A DNA stretch of 64,000 bases from the NCBI GenBank assembly GCA_965644265.1, contig OZ286461.1, forward strand, positions 62,248,001 through 62,312,000, in the 5' to 3' direction. Made by a program: the position numbers and the translations under genes. The notes under the pieces were generated by a model, which saw only the letters and a program-made list of their open reading frames with translations, did not search any database and was not told the origin of the DNA. How positions within the stretch are numbered: the stretch's first letter is position 1; the number at the start of each line of letters is the position of its first letter. Positions 14,011 to 27,500 of the stretch are shown here, one piece after another. The DNA comes from Glycera tridactyla. Lineage: Eukaryota.

Positions 14011-14083
14011 GATTGGATGATCCATGGTAACCAGGCATTGTTGCCATTGGATACACCATGGTAACATGTCATTGTTGCCATGC
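14011..14083. promoter_or_regulatory. Candidate RFX (X-box)-like intronic element with a reverse CCAAT box
   Basis: Duplicated CCATGGTAAC....CATTGTTGCCAT (14022 and 14056), GTTGCCATTGGATAC at 14040-14054, GATTGG at 14011. Motif resemblance only. Confidence 0.3.
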
Positions 14084-15789
14084 AGCATGATCATGTGCTA
14101 ATCTCCTATTTGGCTGAGGCATTGTTTACCCTTCAGACAACACACATGAACTTGTTTCTTCTTTGTCAAAATACTCGCCATCTGTTTCCATTCACTGCCA
14201 ACTTCATTCAATGAAGATCATCTGTCTCCCATGTGTTATTGCTATCTTCTGATTGTCAATCATTCTCCCATGTATCTCACCAACAGTCCAATATTCATCC
14301 ATTTGTTATGATTCCTGTTTGTTTAATTCACCATATTGTTTCAGGTGGTTTTATTTTCAGGTTTAGCTGGTTACATTTATTGTTACCTATGATAGATATT
14401 CTTAAGTTGATGTCTGTTGATGAAATCATTTATATATGTATGTTAAATATCGTTTCTGTCAATCACCAATTCACGTCACCATTCCTTTCATAGTCAGTCT
14501 AGCATTCATTTATTTGCTACTGCATTTTTTGTGGTACATTTTCATTTGATTTGCATCATTTTCACTAAGCACAATTGAGTTTTTGAAGGTGAAGGTGTTC
14601 TTTAATTTACGTACAATCGAGAACATGACTTGTTAGATCACAGTCAGTGCTTAGTATACTGATAAATTGATTTGATCCGAAATGGTATGCTGAGCCTTTT
14701 TGCATTTGACAAGTTACTTATGAACATTTTGACATTTCATGTACATGATAGTCTTAAAAGTCTTCATGTCCACTGTAACAACTGTGAAATTGATGTGCTG
14801 TTCATGGATATTAATGATATGAATGTCGGAATCATGAAGAAAATGGCATTATCGGCTCAGCAAATACTTGACTGTTACACTGTGGCCACAGCTTAAAATA
14901 GCCTCTGACTTTATGCATAACATATACAAATTGCACATGAACTCAGTGAACATGTTCTGTATGTTTACATTCCTTGGAGCACATACGAAAGTAAAATAGC
15001 TCAAAAAGTTGTATTTTGGTTTACCCTAAGCACATCCTTTGTTTTGCACTCTCTGGCATAAATATGTGACTACATGCCATAGATTATGGTACATGATGCA
15101 CTCAGTGTATGCATCATGATTCCTTCCTGCAGTGATCAGCCACAATAAGATGTATTGAAGAAAATAATCAGTGCTCAAACACAGCTCTCTCAAATGTTAT
15201 TCTCAGCATCCAAGAAAATCTGTGATCGAAAATCAAGTCATTTCCTGAATACATCATTGTCACTTTCCATTTTATTGGCAACATTATTTGTTGGTGAATC
15301 TTTTTATCATTTTGTCATTCTTAATGTTGTCTCAGCAAACACCATACAATCAATCCAGTTATTTTGCCAAAATTGTTGAGTCATTTCGATTGGGAACTCT
15401 GTGATGAGCAAGGATCGCGCTTTGAGTGATGGTGGTCACTCATTTGCTGAATTCATCTCACATTTGATTCGACTTGTTTCTATCATACTTTCAAGATATT
15501 TAATGACTAGGCATAACAGATATCATACCAATTTCCTTAGAATTTTTGTACTTCTGAAAATTGGATGAAAAATTTAGATGGAGAAATTGAGACTTTATGG
15601 CCAGTAATTTCAAAACAGTAAAATCTTGTTTTATCTCATTGGAATCACTGGATATTTGATATGATCATTTTATTGCTTTTGCTATATGCACATGGTGTTT
15701 GTTGAGTCACTTATCATATTGCCTTGGTGATTATGTGCACATGGTATAGGTGCTTCATGTTGGGTTTCATTTATTTTCTGTCTGTATAG

Positions 15790-15891
15790 CACAAGATGTA
15801 TCAGAGACGGAGTTAGCGGCAAAGATTGCCGAATCAGAACAGTGGGTGGCTCAACCACAGGCCCCTCTCGAGGCCGCACCCTTACAACAAG
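15790..15891 (+). CDS. Internal exon, 102 nt (-QDVSETELAAKIAESEQWVAQPQAPLEAAPLQQ-)
   Basis: TTTTCTGTCTGTATAG acceptor, with a second in-frame AG at 15794-15795; CAAG|GTACTT donor. Phase 1-1, 34 codons. Confidence 0.75.
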
Positions 15892-18800
15892 GTACTTATC
15901 GATCCCCAACCCCAAAGCCCAGCATAAAATCCTCCCAACTTGCAGCAAGACTTGGCTTTCTCAATCTTGGCTGCATGTTGCAATCAAGAAAAATGTTAAA
16001 ACAAAATAAGCCATCTTTACTAATGAAGGCTTCAGTTTCTGTATATTTTGGAAACTGCAAGTGTAGCTTGTTATTTCCATTCTCGGTATTAACTATGACT
16101 TTTATAAAAGTAAGCTTTAATTCTTCTAAAGTAGACTGCTTAGCCATGCCAAGCTTTGCAAAGTAAGCAATATTAAGTCATATCTTCATGAGCTTTGTAA
16201 CAAATAATTGTTGGTTGTGGAGAAACACTTCATGATTAGCATCTACCTTTATGAAGGTTGTCTGACCTGAAATATCCTCAAACTACTGGGAGAATTTCCA
16301 GAGCAGTTCACATGAAATTTGGACCAAATGACTTATATGTGAAACCTTTTTCCGTCTCTAGCATTTTGCAGTGATGCTTTATAGTTTTGGCTGTCCTGTT
16401 ATTCACAATGCAAATAACAGTTGAAAGAAACCACTCAGAAATTGGTGGTGCTTTTGTAAATCAGTGATAGTGCGGGGAATCTTTGTGATGAAGAAATTTA
16501 TGCTGTTGCAGTCATCTCTCATAGTGGTACAAGTGTCAGTCACGAACGTGTTTCTCTCGCTTATGTAACTATGAACTTGTATCATTGTTATTCTCATGCC
16601 TAGATAATTATCAGTACACAGACTCATATAAGGTGGAAGTAATATCTACATATAATAACTATATCAGATACCAGAACAATGTATAGGTGATTCATTCTGA
16701 ATGCCATTTTCAGTCACTAGTTTATTGTATAGTAATTTTAAGTTGGCTGTAATGAACATATATATTGGATAGGTTCGTTTAAATGTTTCCTGTTATATGT
16801 TCCTTTATGTTTAATTAGTTGTTATATGTTATATTGCCCTTATCATGAATGTTTGACCATATACATAGCCTCAGTGATTACTAACCACATATAATCTGTG
16901 GGATGCTCAATATTTGTGTTTACGCCAGTGATAACCTACGCTGTGCTCATACTAGTCATAGTCCAAGCCTAATAACATATCATGCCCATTGCCTAGCTGA
17001 ATATATAACCACCAGCTGATCATATAACCATTGTCCAACTGATCATATAACCATCTTACCATTAGTTGTAGTTGATTGCTGCTACTAGACGATGGCCTAA
17101 TAGAAGATCCCACTCAATATTAACCAGCCTGTGTCAAGATATATATTCTAACTCCATCTTAGACAACATCTTGTTTTATATGCGGGTGCCTCTTCTGAGC
17201 ATGGGAGGGTGCTAGTAATTTTAAGTTGCCCATTTTATGTGTGCTTCTCACCTGTGTCATTGTATGGTGCCAGTTCATTTGTGTCTCATACATACTAGAG
17301 GTTGTGCATCTACCATTTCACCCCTAGATTATTTCTAACTTTTATATCCCATCCATCAAACCATTTAGTGAAGTAATTTTAATGTTGATTTTAGTGGTTG
17401 GTTTTTGCCATTCCTCAGTTGATTTCTGATTAATAGTTATTTTTTATTATATTTTTTCATCAGCAGCAGCTGGTTTATCATTCTTCAGTTATTCTGGGAG
17501 CACCTCTTTAGAGGTTTGGCTCTCATAGTTTTAGATCATCATTTTTAGTTTATTTTCCAGTGTCTTGTCTGACATGCGATTTTCATGAATCTTGCATCAT
17601 GCCATGTATAATGGGTGTTTTTGTCATTGCATAGGCTTCTGCTGGGGGCCTTCTCGTGGTTGCTAGAGCATGTCGGGCCCGGCTGACATGGCATGTCAGT
17701 CTATGTCCGTCATCAGGGGTGCCAGGCTGTGTGACAGATCATGTGATAACCGGCCAATCAGTGGTCACATGGTGTGAAGCACATCCGTGCACAGGTTGTA
17801 CCAGATCATGTGATTGGCTGATCTCCATTTGGTGATCACATGGTGTGTGACACAGCCTACCAGTGGTTGCCATCATCGCATTATGACCTTATATACGCAT
17901 GAAACCAGCTCGCTGGGGCTTTGATGTGACTTGCCATCTGATTGAAAGAAACAAACATGTGAACTGTGACTGTGGACCATCATGACTACCTGACTGAAGT
18001 ATATACCTGCATTGCATTGACTAAACCACATAGATTATAAATACCAATATGCAGCTCTTTGTGCTTGATGCATTACTGACACCAGTTAATCAAACCAGAT
18101 TGTGGGATCTCATGTGTAGTAGTATAAGGCATTATCTATGTTTCTGTGAGTGTCGCCAACAGTTGAGGCATATGCCAAAAGGTCAAGTTCAAGAGACATT
18201 GGTAGTTTAATGAGTGTTCATCCACCATTGAGGATGTGGTCTACTTATACATGCTCTTGGGAGGCCAGTTTTCTCCATGTACAAGGGCCCCAGAATGTGT
18301 ATGGTAGATTCTTGTTTTGATTGGTGGCTGATCTTCTTCGTAATTAAACGTATCAGGAGTTAGGGGTTGGATGGGAGGCTGGGTTCTCAATGGCTGTGAT
18401 CAGTATGTAAGCTTTGACCTTTTGAGCAGCCAATGTCAACTGGTATATGTGTGTGTTTGTGTGCTTGATACCGCCCATTATATCATCCGCTGGTGGTGGT
18501 ACTGAACAATAGCAATACGCTGATGACTACAATTCAACCTTGGGACAGTAGCAAATACCCTGGCTGGATGCTCAACACCCCATCCCAAGATGACTGCTTG
18601 TTTCCTGTGATGATATAAAGGGTCAAGCTTATGTACCCAACCATATTAATGCATAAGTTGCATGTACGAACCAGGAATGATGCAACAGTACCTGTCGATG
18701 ATGATGATTGAGCTTGACCAAACTAAATACAAAAACGCCAGGAGTTGATTGGGTGCTTCCAGGATCTTACCATGGATGATATCATATCGTAACAGCTACT

Positions 18801-19136
18801 ACTAGTACTACTGCTACTACATTACTACCAGGATGACGCTTGCTTACAGTTTGGTACATGACAAATTCAGGAATGATTCAACCGCATGCTACTACCAATA
18901 CTACTGTCTGCTTCTACTGCCGTGACCGTTGTTGTTGTCTCTCGTCATGCCCTCCTGGAGATATATCTGCTGCAGTGTGCGTGTGTCATCGTCGTACCTC
19001 TCTCCCGTCTCAGTAAGACGATCTAGTACCCGTCTCTATCCCGCTCTCTTGACTCTTTATCTTCTTTCTTGCTCTGCACATTCACCTGGAGTTACCATCT
19101 CTTCACTCTTCTCTGATCTTTTTCCTTTTCTTTCAG

Positions 19137-19208
19137 CATCCCCTTTTCAAAATTGCAATTGGTGGCAGATATATCATGAATCAAGAATACCATTGAATTC
19201 CCAATTTG
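19137..19208 (+). CDS. Candidate cassette exon, 72 nt (-SPFQNCNWWQIYHESRIPLNSQF-)
   Basis: A ~80-nt pyrimidine-rich tract ends in TTTTCCTTTTCTTTCAG; TTTG|GTGTGA donor. Phase 1-1, 24 codons, open in the correct frame. The peptide is unlike the other exons in composition. Confidence 0.4.
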
Positions 19209-22200
19209 GTGTGATCACCATTCATGTTTCACCCCCATTTTATCATTACATATGAATATGTGATACACATTAAGTAATATCCACAGCCTGCTGTGGCCTA
19301 TTTTGCTGTCATCTTCAATTTGTGAAGTGAAACTATAAAAAAGACATGTTCACTTGAATCAACCACAAGGATGATAGCTAATCTGTGAAGATGCAACTAT
19401 ACTAGGATCATGCTATTAATCTTCATCCACTTTTTTGGCACATGTGACTGCACTGCTGTGTTTTGGTACTGCAAACATGCACTAGGTTGTATCAGACTAT
19501 AGATGCTGGAGAAGGAATGCTGACCCTGAAGTTAGTCTCTTGCTAATAACAAAGACAGGATTGAGTCCAGCTACGATCTCAGCATGATAAAAGAAAGGAT
19601 GTAGAAATTGAATTCATCAATTAAGAAAAATGTCATCAACACATCTCACCCATGACTGACTCAGCAACACCATGAACAGCTGAGACAGAGAATTTAGTCC
19701 ATTTCAAAACATATGCCAACTTCAAATTAATCGCCACAATATGATTGATGCGAATGAAATCTGGTCCTTTTTGTCCTTTCCTGGGTCTCTTTGAACCTGT
19801 TCTTGACTCTACCTCTGTTCCTCCCTATAGGCCCCCTTCACTGGTCTTACCTTGGGCTCTCTTGGCCTTGAGCACTTTCCAACTTGTGTCTCCTAGAGAG
19901 TGTTTAGTGTCAGATGATAATACCAGATGTGCCGTGATGTACCCTACAATGTTCATCTCCACATTCCTCTGCAAATATGACAGATTCTCAAGTCCTAGTA
20001 CAAAAGTAATCATGTAAGACATAACATGCAAAAATGGCCATTACTTCGTGCATGAACATTCTCAACTATATAGATGACAAATGTTCAAGTTTACTTGCTC
20101 CTTGAATCTTTCTAGTTACACTGGAAATAAAGTTGACCTATTGCATGACCTAACTCAGTGTTATTTAAATAGATCATGTTTTGATTATCTCCTCTACATT
20201 GGTATTCATCCTAATAACTCCCATTTCCTAAGATAAGATTCACTTTTATTTCTGTATCTAGAGCATTATTCAGCGGTCAGAATAAAATCTGTATAAGTGT
20301 GAGCTGCCAAAATTTCTATTGCAACTGATAGCACTTATGACAGTTTTGGATTTGCGCTGAAAGAATTTAATCTTTTGGAACTCACATATGAAATTTAGAT
20401 ATATGGAATCATATTTTGGGCTTTCAAATGACATAAGATCAGAGCTTCAGATTGATGTAGGGCCAGGTTTTTGGCTGTGAATATTGCATTTTTCCGGCCT
20501 GTCAATTTCTCCCATGATGGGTGAACTGGCCCAGCTTTTTAGTGCCTATAATTCATTGATAAATAAGTGGTGGCCCATCATTTTGTGCCACGGCTCATGA
20601 CATTTCTAGTTCATGGATCACTGGTGTTACTGATCTTTCAGAAAATCTGAGGGTCTGTTTGATCACGGTCTTCCATATCTCATTCTGAAGGTTGAAGAGC
20701 AGCTTGTATAATGTGTTACTTATATCCATATATGGATGTAGCCTCCAGTGGTTGGTACGATGTATATCCACACACTTGTCTTCATCTGAATCTGATCACT
20801 TATTGAGTTGGATCTACCAATGTAGCTGAGATAGGAAAGTCAGAAGGGGCTTTGATTTTTACACTCAGCAACTAGTCAACTAGTAGGGCGGGCACCTGAA
20901 TAGTATAAACAGACAAGCATTATGCAACAGTCTTCTGACTTATTCCACTGTTACATGGATACACGCTTGACACACATTCTGATAACACTTACTGATTTCT
21001 GGGATTTGAGCACTGTATGCTTAGCATGTATGTCCACCTTTCACGGTTTACAACATTGCATCTTGTCACCTTGAAGGGAGTCATTCTGTTTCATTATGAA
21101 GTATGGCAAAGGTAATGCACATTTTTTGTGTTCTCAGTTTTCACATCTATTAAAGTTATATTCAAATTCTTCTGGCAGGCTAGGCTCTTATGTTGTCTCG
21201 CAATTGCAGATCTGGTTAACTTTGCTTGGCAATCCATGATGTCAAAGATAAATGAATTCTGCTTGAAGCTGTGATAAAACCCACACCAGTTCAGCTTCTG
21301 GACTACATGCTGGTGGTACTGTCTGCCAAAGTTGATAATGGAATTTGCTTGAAAGGTGGTCACACAAATGCTATGCATCAGTCACACAAATTGATTCTGA
21401 GCCTTCAGCACATTCTGCATTTACTATACCAGACATATTATTTCATTCATATTTGTGCTAACTACTTGACTATATTTATTCTGCAATCATGAGATATTGG
21501 TCTCCACCCATGAGATCTGATCTGGTTGGTCCACGAGAGAAATTGTCCACTTTACAGAAATGATGTGTATAAAAAATCTCAGAACTAGCAATGTGAAGAG
21601 CTGGAGGCATATCAAAAATGTCTCTGGCCTGGCAGCAAGCTGAAGGCTCATAATCCAGCGACTGATCAGCAAATGAATGAGAACCTGCTTCAACCTGAGG
21701 TTTTGTTCTGCTGGATCATTGAGTTGCGGGAAGCTCTCCATCCTGTCGTTCTTGGTGATCGGATCTAATGATATGTAGCAGCACACTAACAGTAGTCGTT
21801 GATAGAAATAGAATACTAACACACAACTTCAGCTTCTCTGCCAACATGTCATCATCAGCTAGCCAAACAAGTACAATGCTGAACCATCTTGTATTTAGAG
21901 CATGGCGACTGCAACCGATGTCCGCAATGAGGACCTCCTGCCAAGTAACGATTTATCAGAAAGGTGGAGCCATGATGCATTACCACTAAGTTGGGAGTTT
22001 CATTCAAGTGACAATTTCACTGATGAAAACTCAGCATTCTAATGCTACTGTGCTTCTTGATTTTGTTAGTTATTCATGCTCATCATGGGATGACTATTCT
22101 GTTTTGGCTCAAAAGCTTGGCCAATACATCTTATGTTCATGTCCAGTTTCAAACTTTGGTCTCAACTTGATTCTTTTAAAATTTTTAGCATAGCCTGCTG

Positions 22201-24502
22201 ATAAAGAGGGCATCAAATATACTCCTCTACTGCTGCGATATATTTGAAGGAAAAAGAAATACTCCACCTGGTAATTTCGAGAACAATATACCCGAGAAAA
22301 TAAGAGGAAAAAGTCAGTAAGAGTCCCTTCAGTTTCACATTGCTAGAGGAGGAACAAAATTTCTTGTATAAGGATCACTCATTTGATGCGCAGGAGATAC
22401 TAGCATTGTAGCCTGGAGATTGTTGCAGATGAAGCGTGGTTTTTATTGATTGATTGTTACACTTGCATGTTGCACTGACGACTGCTGATAATCTGACATA
22501 GTGCGGAGATATTCCACAGATACTCACTGCTTTTATAATTTCTGACATTTGAGACATGTATGCTTGCAGGCTATTATATCTGAACAGGAAAAGAAATCAC
22601 AGGTTTCTCTTTTTCGACTACTTTGTGCCTTTCAAATTGGCAACAATCATCTATGAAACAGCTGAAAACATGGGAAAATTTCAAATCATGTTCCAATTCA
22701 TTCAAGTTTTGGTGTATTCAATCACAAAAAGACTTTTGTTTGGTCAAGATATATTTGTTCTCTCATTTGAGCTGGCTGTAAAGAACTCGAAAATTGTTCT
22801 GAAATCTCGTATTCAAAATGAGGTATGGATTCCCTCACCCGACAAAACTCCCATGTTTTGATGTGCTGAATTGGGATCGGATATAATTTATAATCAATCA
22901 GGAAATAACTGAAACTTCATCAGTTCAAAAGAAACCTTTGACAGTTTAAAAACGTTTTTGAAAGAGGAAAATTATGCTGGAAAAATTTCAGGTTTCATTA
23001 CTTTGTGTGAGTATTTATTGAATGATTTCTGGTGATGTAATCTAATGAAAACCTTATTAGTAGCAACATTGCTGACTCAAAATGGTATTGACTGATCATC
23101 CACCTACTCAATTGTGATGGATTTGGACAGTACAACATTTCTACTTACAGCCAACAAATTGATGAACTTGACATTTCTCATGACTGTATACAGACTGCAT
23201 GCCTGTTCTGGTCACTTTGTTCTTGGGTAATGCATGATCTCTGTGTGAAATGGGAACGCCCAGCACCCATCTACCCTTCTCCACACCAACCTCATATTGT
23301 ATTATGTTTCAACACTCTTTGGTGATGGTTCTTCTTGTGTTCTCTGTTCTAATCAGCATCATGTTCTGTAATGGTCTGTGTGTCTAATGTGATGTTCTGT
23401 GTTCAACTGATCTTACCAAGTAGCACACTTTTACAGAACAATGAAAGTTTTATGATGAGCGTTCATCTTCGCCACAGGTGGATCATTTGTGCTCAATAAA
23501 TGGTGCACAAGAAGTCTGTTTGGGAAGTTTTATTGTGTCTCCTGTTGATTGATTACATTCTCCATCCTCCCAGTGCATACCATATTCCACCCAAGAGACA
23601 TGCACAGCACATGAGATGACACTGGGAACATAATGCATGAATTCAGATCAAAATTCACATTCATTCAGTCATGAATTGAAACAGCAATTGGCTGATGTGC
23701 TCAACATTAGTTGTCATTCCAGTACCTTTCAGTTGGTACTTCCTGATATTTGCTGAAGATTTTACTGAAATCAGGAATAGACAGTCAGACAGTATCCCAG
23801 AACCTGATATACAACAAGTCCATGGTGCAACTTGGAGGCTATGACAGGCTTGATCAACATCACTCACCAACAGTTTATAATCAATATTCAATTTTTCATT
23901 TGGCATTGTTCTTTATCACAAAGCAAGGTCTCTTTCAGCAAACAGTCGAGACTTGTTTTATGCTTCATTATTCTGTATTTGTGTGCTATCTTGTGAATAC
24001 AGGCCATGTGCAGGAACTCTGATATTGATGGTAAATCATGGGCACTATCATACCTGGAATATATCTTCAATATGTACAATGTACCAAATTGAATAACATT
24101 GTGCCACCTAGACTTTTCACTGGTGTTATATGTATTTTGACTTCTGAACTTTTTCATGCAATCATTCTTGTATGCATTGCCCAGTTGTACCACAAAGCAG
24201 ATTTTGTTATGCCAATGGTCTACATGTAGAAGTGATGGTCATATATGTGTGCTTCATGTAGTCCTTGTCCTTTGTCTGTGTCCGATGAATGAAGGCCTAT
24301 CTTCAGATTCAGCATCTAGCTTAGATTGGCTTTTGCCAGTGCTTGATTTATCTGCCTTCACTCAGTTAAGTACAGGTCGCTTATCGAACATAATCTAAAC
24401 TAAAGATCAGTATAACTCTAGGAGGCTACATATCACCCCTTTTTTATTTCCTTTCTATGCTCACCATGCCGGGCACTTGATATTGGCTGTGTGATATTTC
24501 AG

Positions 24503-27500
24503 AGCGGACTGCACGGCATGCTCCTGAGAGAGCTGTGGAGGAACCAATTCAGCGGGCAGCTGTGCAGCCAGAACAAGCCAGCTTTGAAGACTGGGTGGCT
24601 CAGAAAGATCTCAAGGCACCAACTGGTGAAGAAGATATTCGAAAAGAGGTGGCAGGTGTTGATCAAGCTGTTCCTGTGACCTCTCCTGGGGACAGAGAAT
24701 TCCAACCACCGAAGTTTGAAGAGTGGGTTGACCAGAAACAGTTGCCATCTGATCAAGATGCTGAACAGCAATTACATGAGCCACCCAGACATGAAGTTGA
24801 TGTAGTGCTAACTCCTGTCTCACCTGAGCAGGAAAAGTATGAACAGCTAACTAAGTCACCTGACACAGAAGTTGGTAAGTCATTAGATCTCGATCAGCCT
24901 GGTCATGTAGATGCCACTAGCGATCTAACGCCTGTGGCCAAACCTGAACAACCAATATCTGACACTGCTAGATTGCCCTCCCAGCCTGGGATAGAGCATG
25001 AACTTAGTCCTAGTGAAATAATGCCAGAAGATGAAGCTATTGAAGAAGCACAGAAATACAAGCCATCAAAGCGAGTGTCATTTGACGCAAAGCCCAAGCA
25101 TATACCACGTGCACCTGTTGTGACCCGCAAAAATGTTGAGAAGTTTGATGAACATCCAACAGCTGACATAACTGTCAAACATATTGTGACAACTACCCAG
25201 CACATTGAAATGGTGTTGGGTGAGGCGGAAGAGAAGCCCAGCGAGAAGCTGCTTGGGAAGGAGGTTGAGGATATTGCTATCTTTCTGCCACCAGGAATCA
25301 ACCAAATACCAATTGCAGGGGCAATTGTAGACACCGAGGTCAAAGAGACTGAATTCACTTTACCTGATGGCACATGGGAGAAGAAGCGTAAAGTAGCAAA
25401 GACTGTCAATGTATTTGGGAATGTTCAGTATGGAGAACCGGATGAGGATCCACCTGCTGACATAATGTCCACCATTCCAACATCAGTCATCATTGGCGAG
25501 CATCTCCCCGATAAACCTCCGACACCAGATGCTAAAATCATCCATCAGGGTGAAGTTGCCAAGCATACAGAAAAAACTGAAAGCACCACAGTTTTGGATG
25601 ATGGTACAACCGAACAAAGCAAGATTACCACCACTACATTCAAACAACCATTTACAGAATTAGTAGTCATAGATCGTGTTGAACAGCCAAGGAAGTCTGA
25701 AAAACTGATAGGAACTCAAGTGGAAGAAGAGATCACTCGATTACCACCTGATGTTCCGAAGATGCCTATCGAGGGCGTGAAAGTGGATACTTCAGTTGAA
25801 GAGTCTGAGACAAGCAAACCAGATGGTAGCTGGGAGAAAAGGAAAGTGACAACTAACAATGTGGTGATAGTTGGTGAGCTTGTCTATGAACCTGAGAAGA
25901 AAGAACCTCATGTTACATTCCCTGGAGAGCCAGAAATAGCTGATGAAGAATTACCTGGGGATGAACTCAAACCTGAGGGCCTAGTGGCTCCTAGAGAACC
26001 AGAAGTCTTGAAATCATTACCAATAGGGGAAGTTCAGAAGAGAACCCACGTCGAAACTTCAGAGAAGGTCCATGAAAATGAAACTAGGGACAAAATACGT
26101 GTAACAACCACAGAATTTGTGCAACCTGTTGAAGAAGTCATTTTAGTTAATGGGGTTGAAGAGGTGAGGGATTCAGAGAAAGTCATGGGTATAGAGATTG
26201 AAGAGGATATCATACACCTACCTCCAGGGATTACTGATTTACCAGTTTCTGGAGTACGAGTTGAGACTTCAGTCAATGACTCTGAAACAACTTTCCCAAG
26301 TGGTACCAGGCAGAAGCGTAGAGTTATCAGTCACAAGGTAGTGGTCATTGGTGATGTGGTTTATGCAAAAGAAGGTGAGCCAGCTCCAGAATTAGGTGTC
26401 CCTGGGGAACCATCCAGTCCAATACTAGAATCACTTCCTTCTCCCTTGATCCCTGAGGGTCTCCTGAAACCAACTGAACCTGGCATGATACAGGTTAGGC
26501 CAAAAGGTGATATTATTAGGAAAGAGCCATACACACAAGAATCCGAGAGAACACTCAATGACGAAACAGTCGAGAAAACTAAATTATCAACAACTGAATT
26601 TGTTCAGCCTGTCGATGAAGTATTTGTTACTGAAGGGGTTCAGACAATCAGATATGGAGAAAGGTTGGTTGGCACTGAAGTTGATGAAAGCATTGTTCTT
26701 CTTCCACCCGGTGTTAGGGACATTCCAATTGCTGGTGCAAAAATAGAAACTTCTGTTCATGATTCAGAAGCAACACTTGAGGATGGCACATGGCAGAAAA
26801 AGAAAATAACAACCAAATCAGTGATCCCAATTGGTGAATTGCTGTATGAGGAGCCAGATAAATCTGTGCCTGGCGAAGCTGTTTCAGATGCTCACCCAAG
26901 TGAGGAGGCACCATCAGGTATCCTCAAACCAACAGAACCCTCTGTTATCCGCACAACTCCGAAGGGTGATGTGACAAAGAAGGAGCCGGTCATTCAGGAA
27001 TCAGATAGATTCTTGAATGATGGCACCCTTGAAAAACAAACCCTGATTACAACAGAGTTCATTCAGCCAATAGAAGAGATCCGCATCATTGATGGGGTTG
27101 AGGTACCAGTAGATATTGATCGGCTAGTGGGAACAGAAGTTGAGGAAACTCTCATCCATTTACCAGAAGGAGTGAATGATATTCCTGTTTCAGGTGCCCG
27201 CATTGAGACATCAGTACAAGATTCCGAGAGTATTCTTCCTGATGGTACATGGCAGAAGAAACGGGTTACCACAAAAACTGTCATTCCTGTAGGTGAACTA
27301 GTATACGCTGAACCAGGAAAAGATCAACCAGCTGCCAAAGAAGAGATGGTGGTTGAGCCAGGTTTGTCAGATTTACCTGCTAGTGTCTTTGAACCAACCG
27401 AACCTGGAGGGATAAAGGTTACTCCAAAAGGTCCTGTGTTGAGAAAAGAACCACAAATTGAGGAGTCCGAGCGAGTTCTGAATGATGGTACTATTGAAAG

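Noticed and set aside
1201-23906. Numerous 60-110 aa ORFs in the introns (also 43000-63300), some hydrophobic
   Set aside because: They have no recognisable domains or transposase/RT motifs and are the size expected by chance in AT-rich DNA.
24307-24375. Possible 69-nt phase 1-1 exon (DSASSLDWLLPVLDLSAFTQLST)
   Set aside because: The donor (GTCGCT) is weak and the pyrimidine tract poor; not supportable without RNA data.
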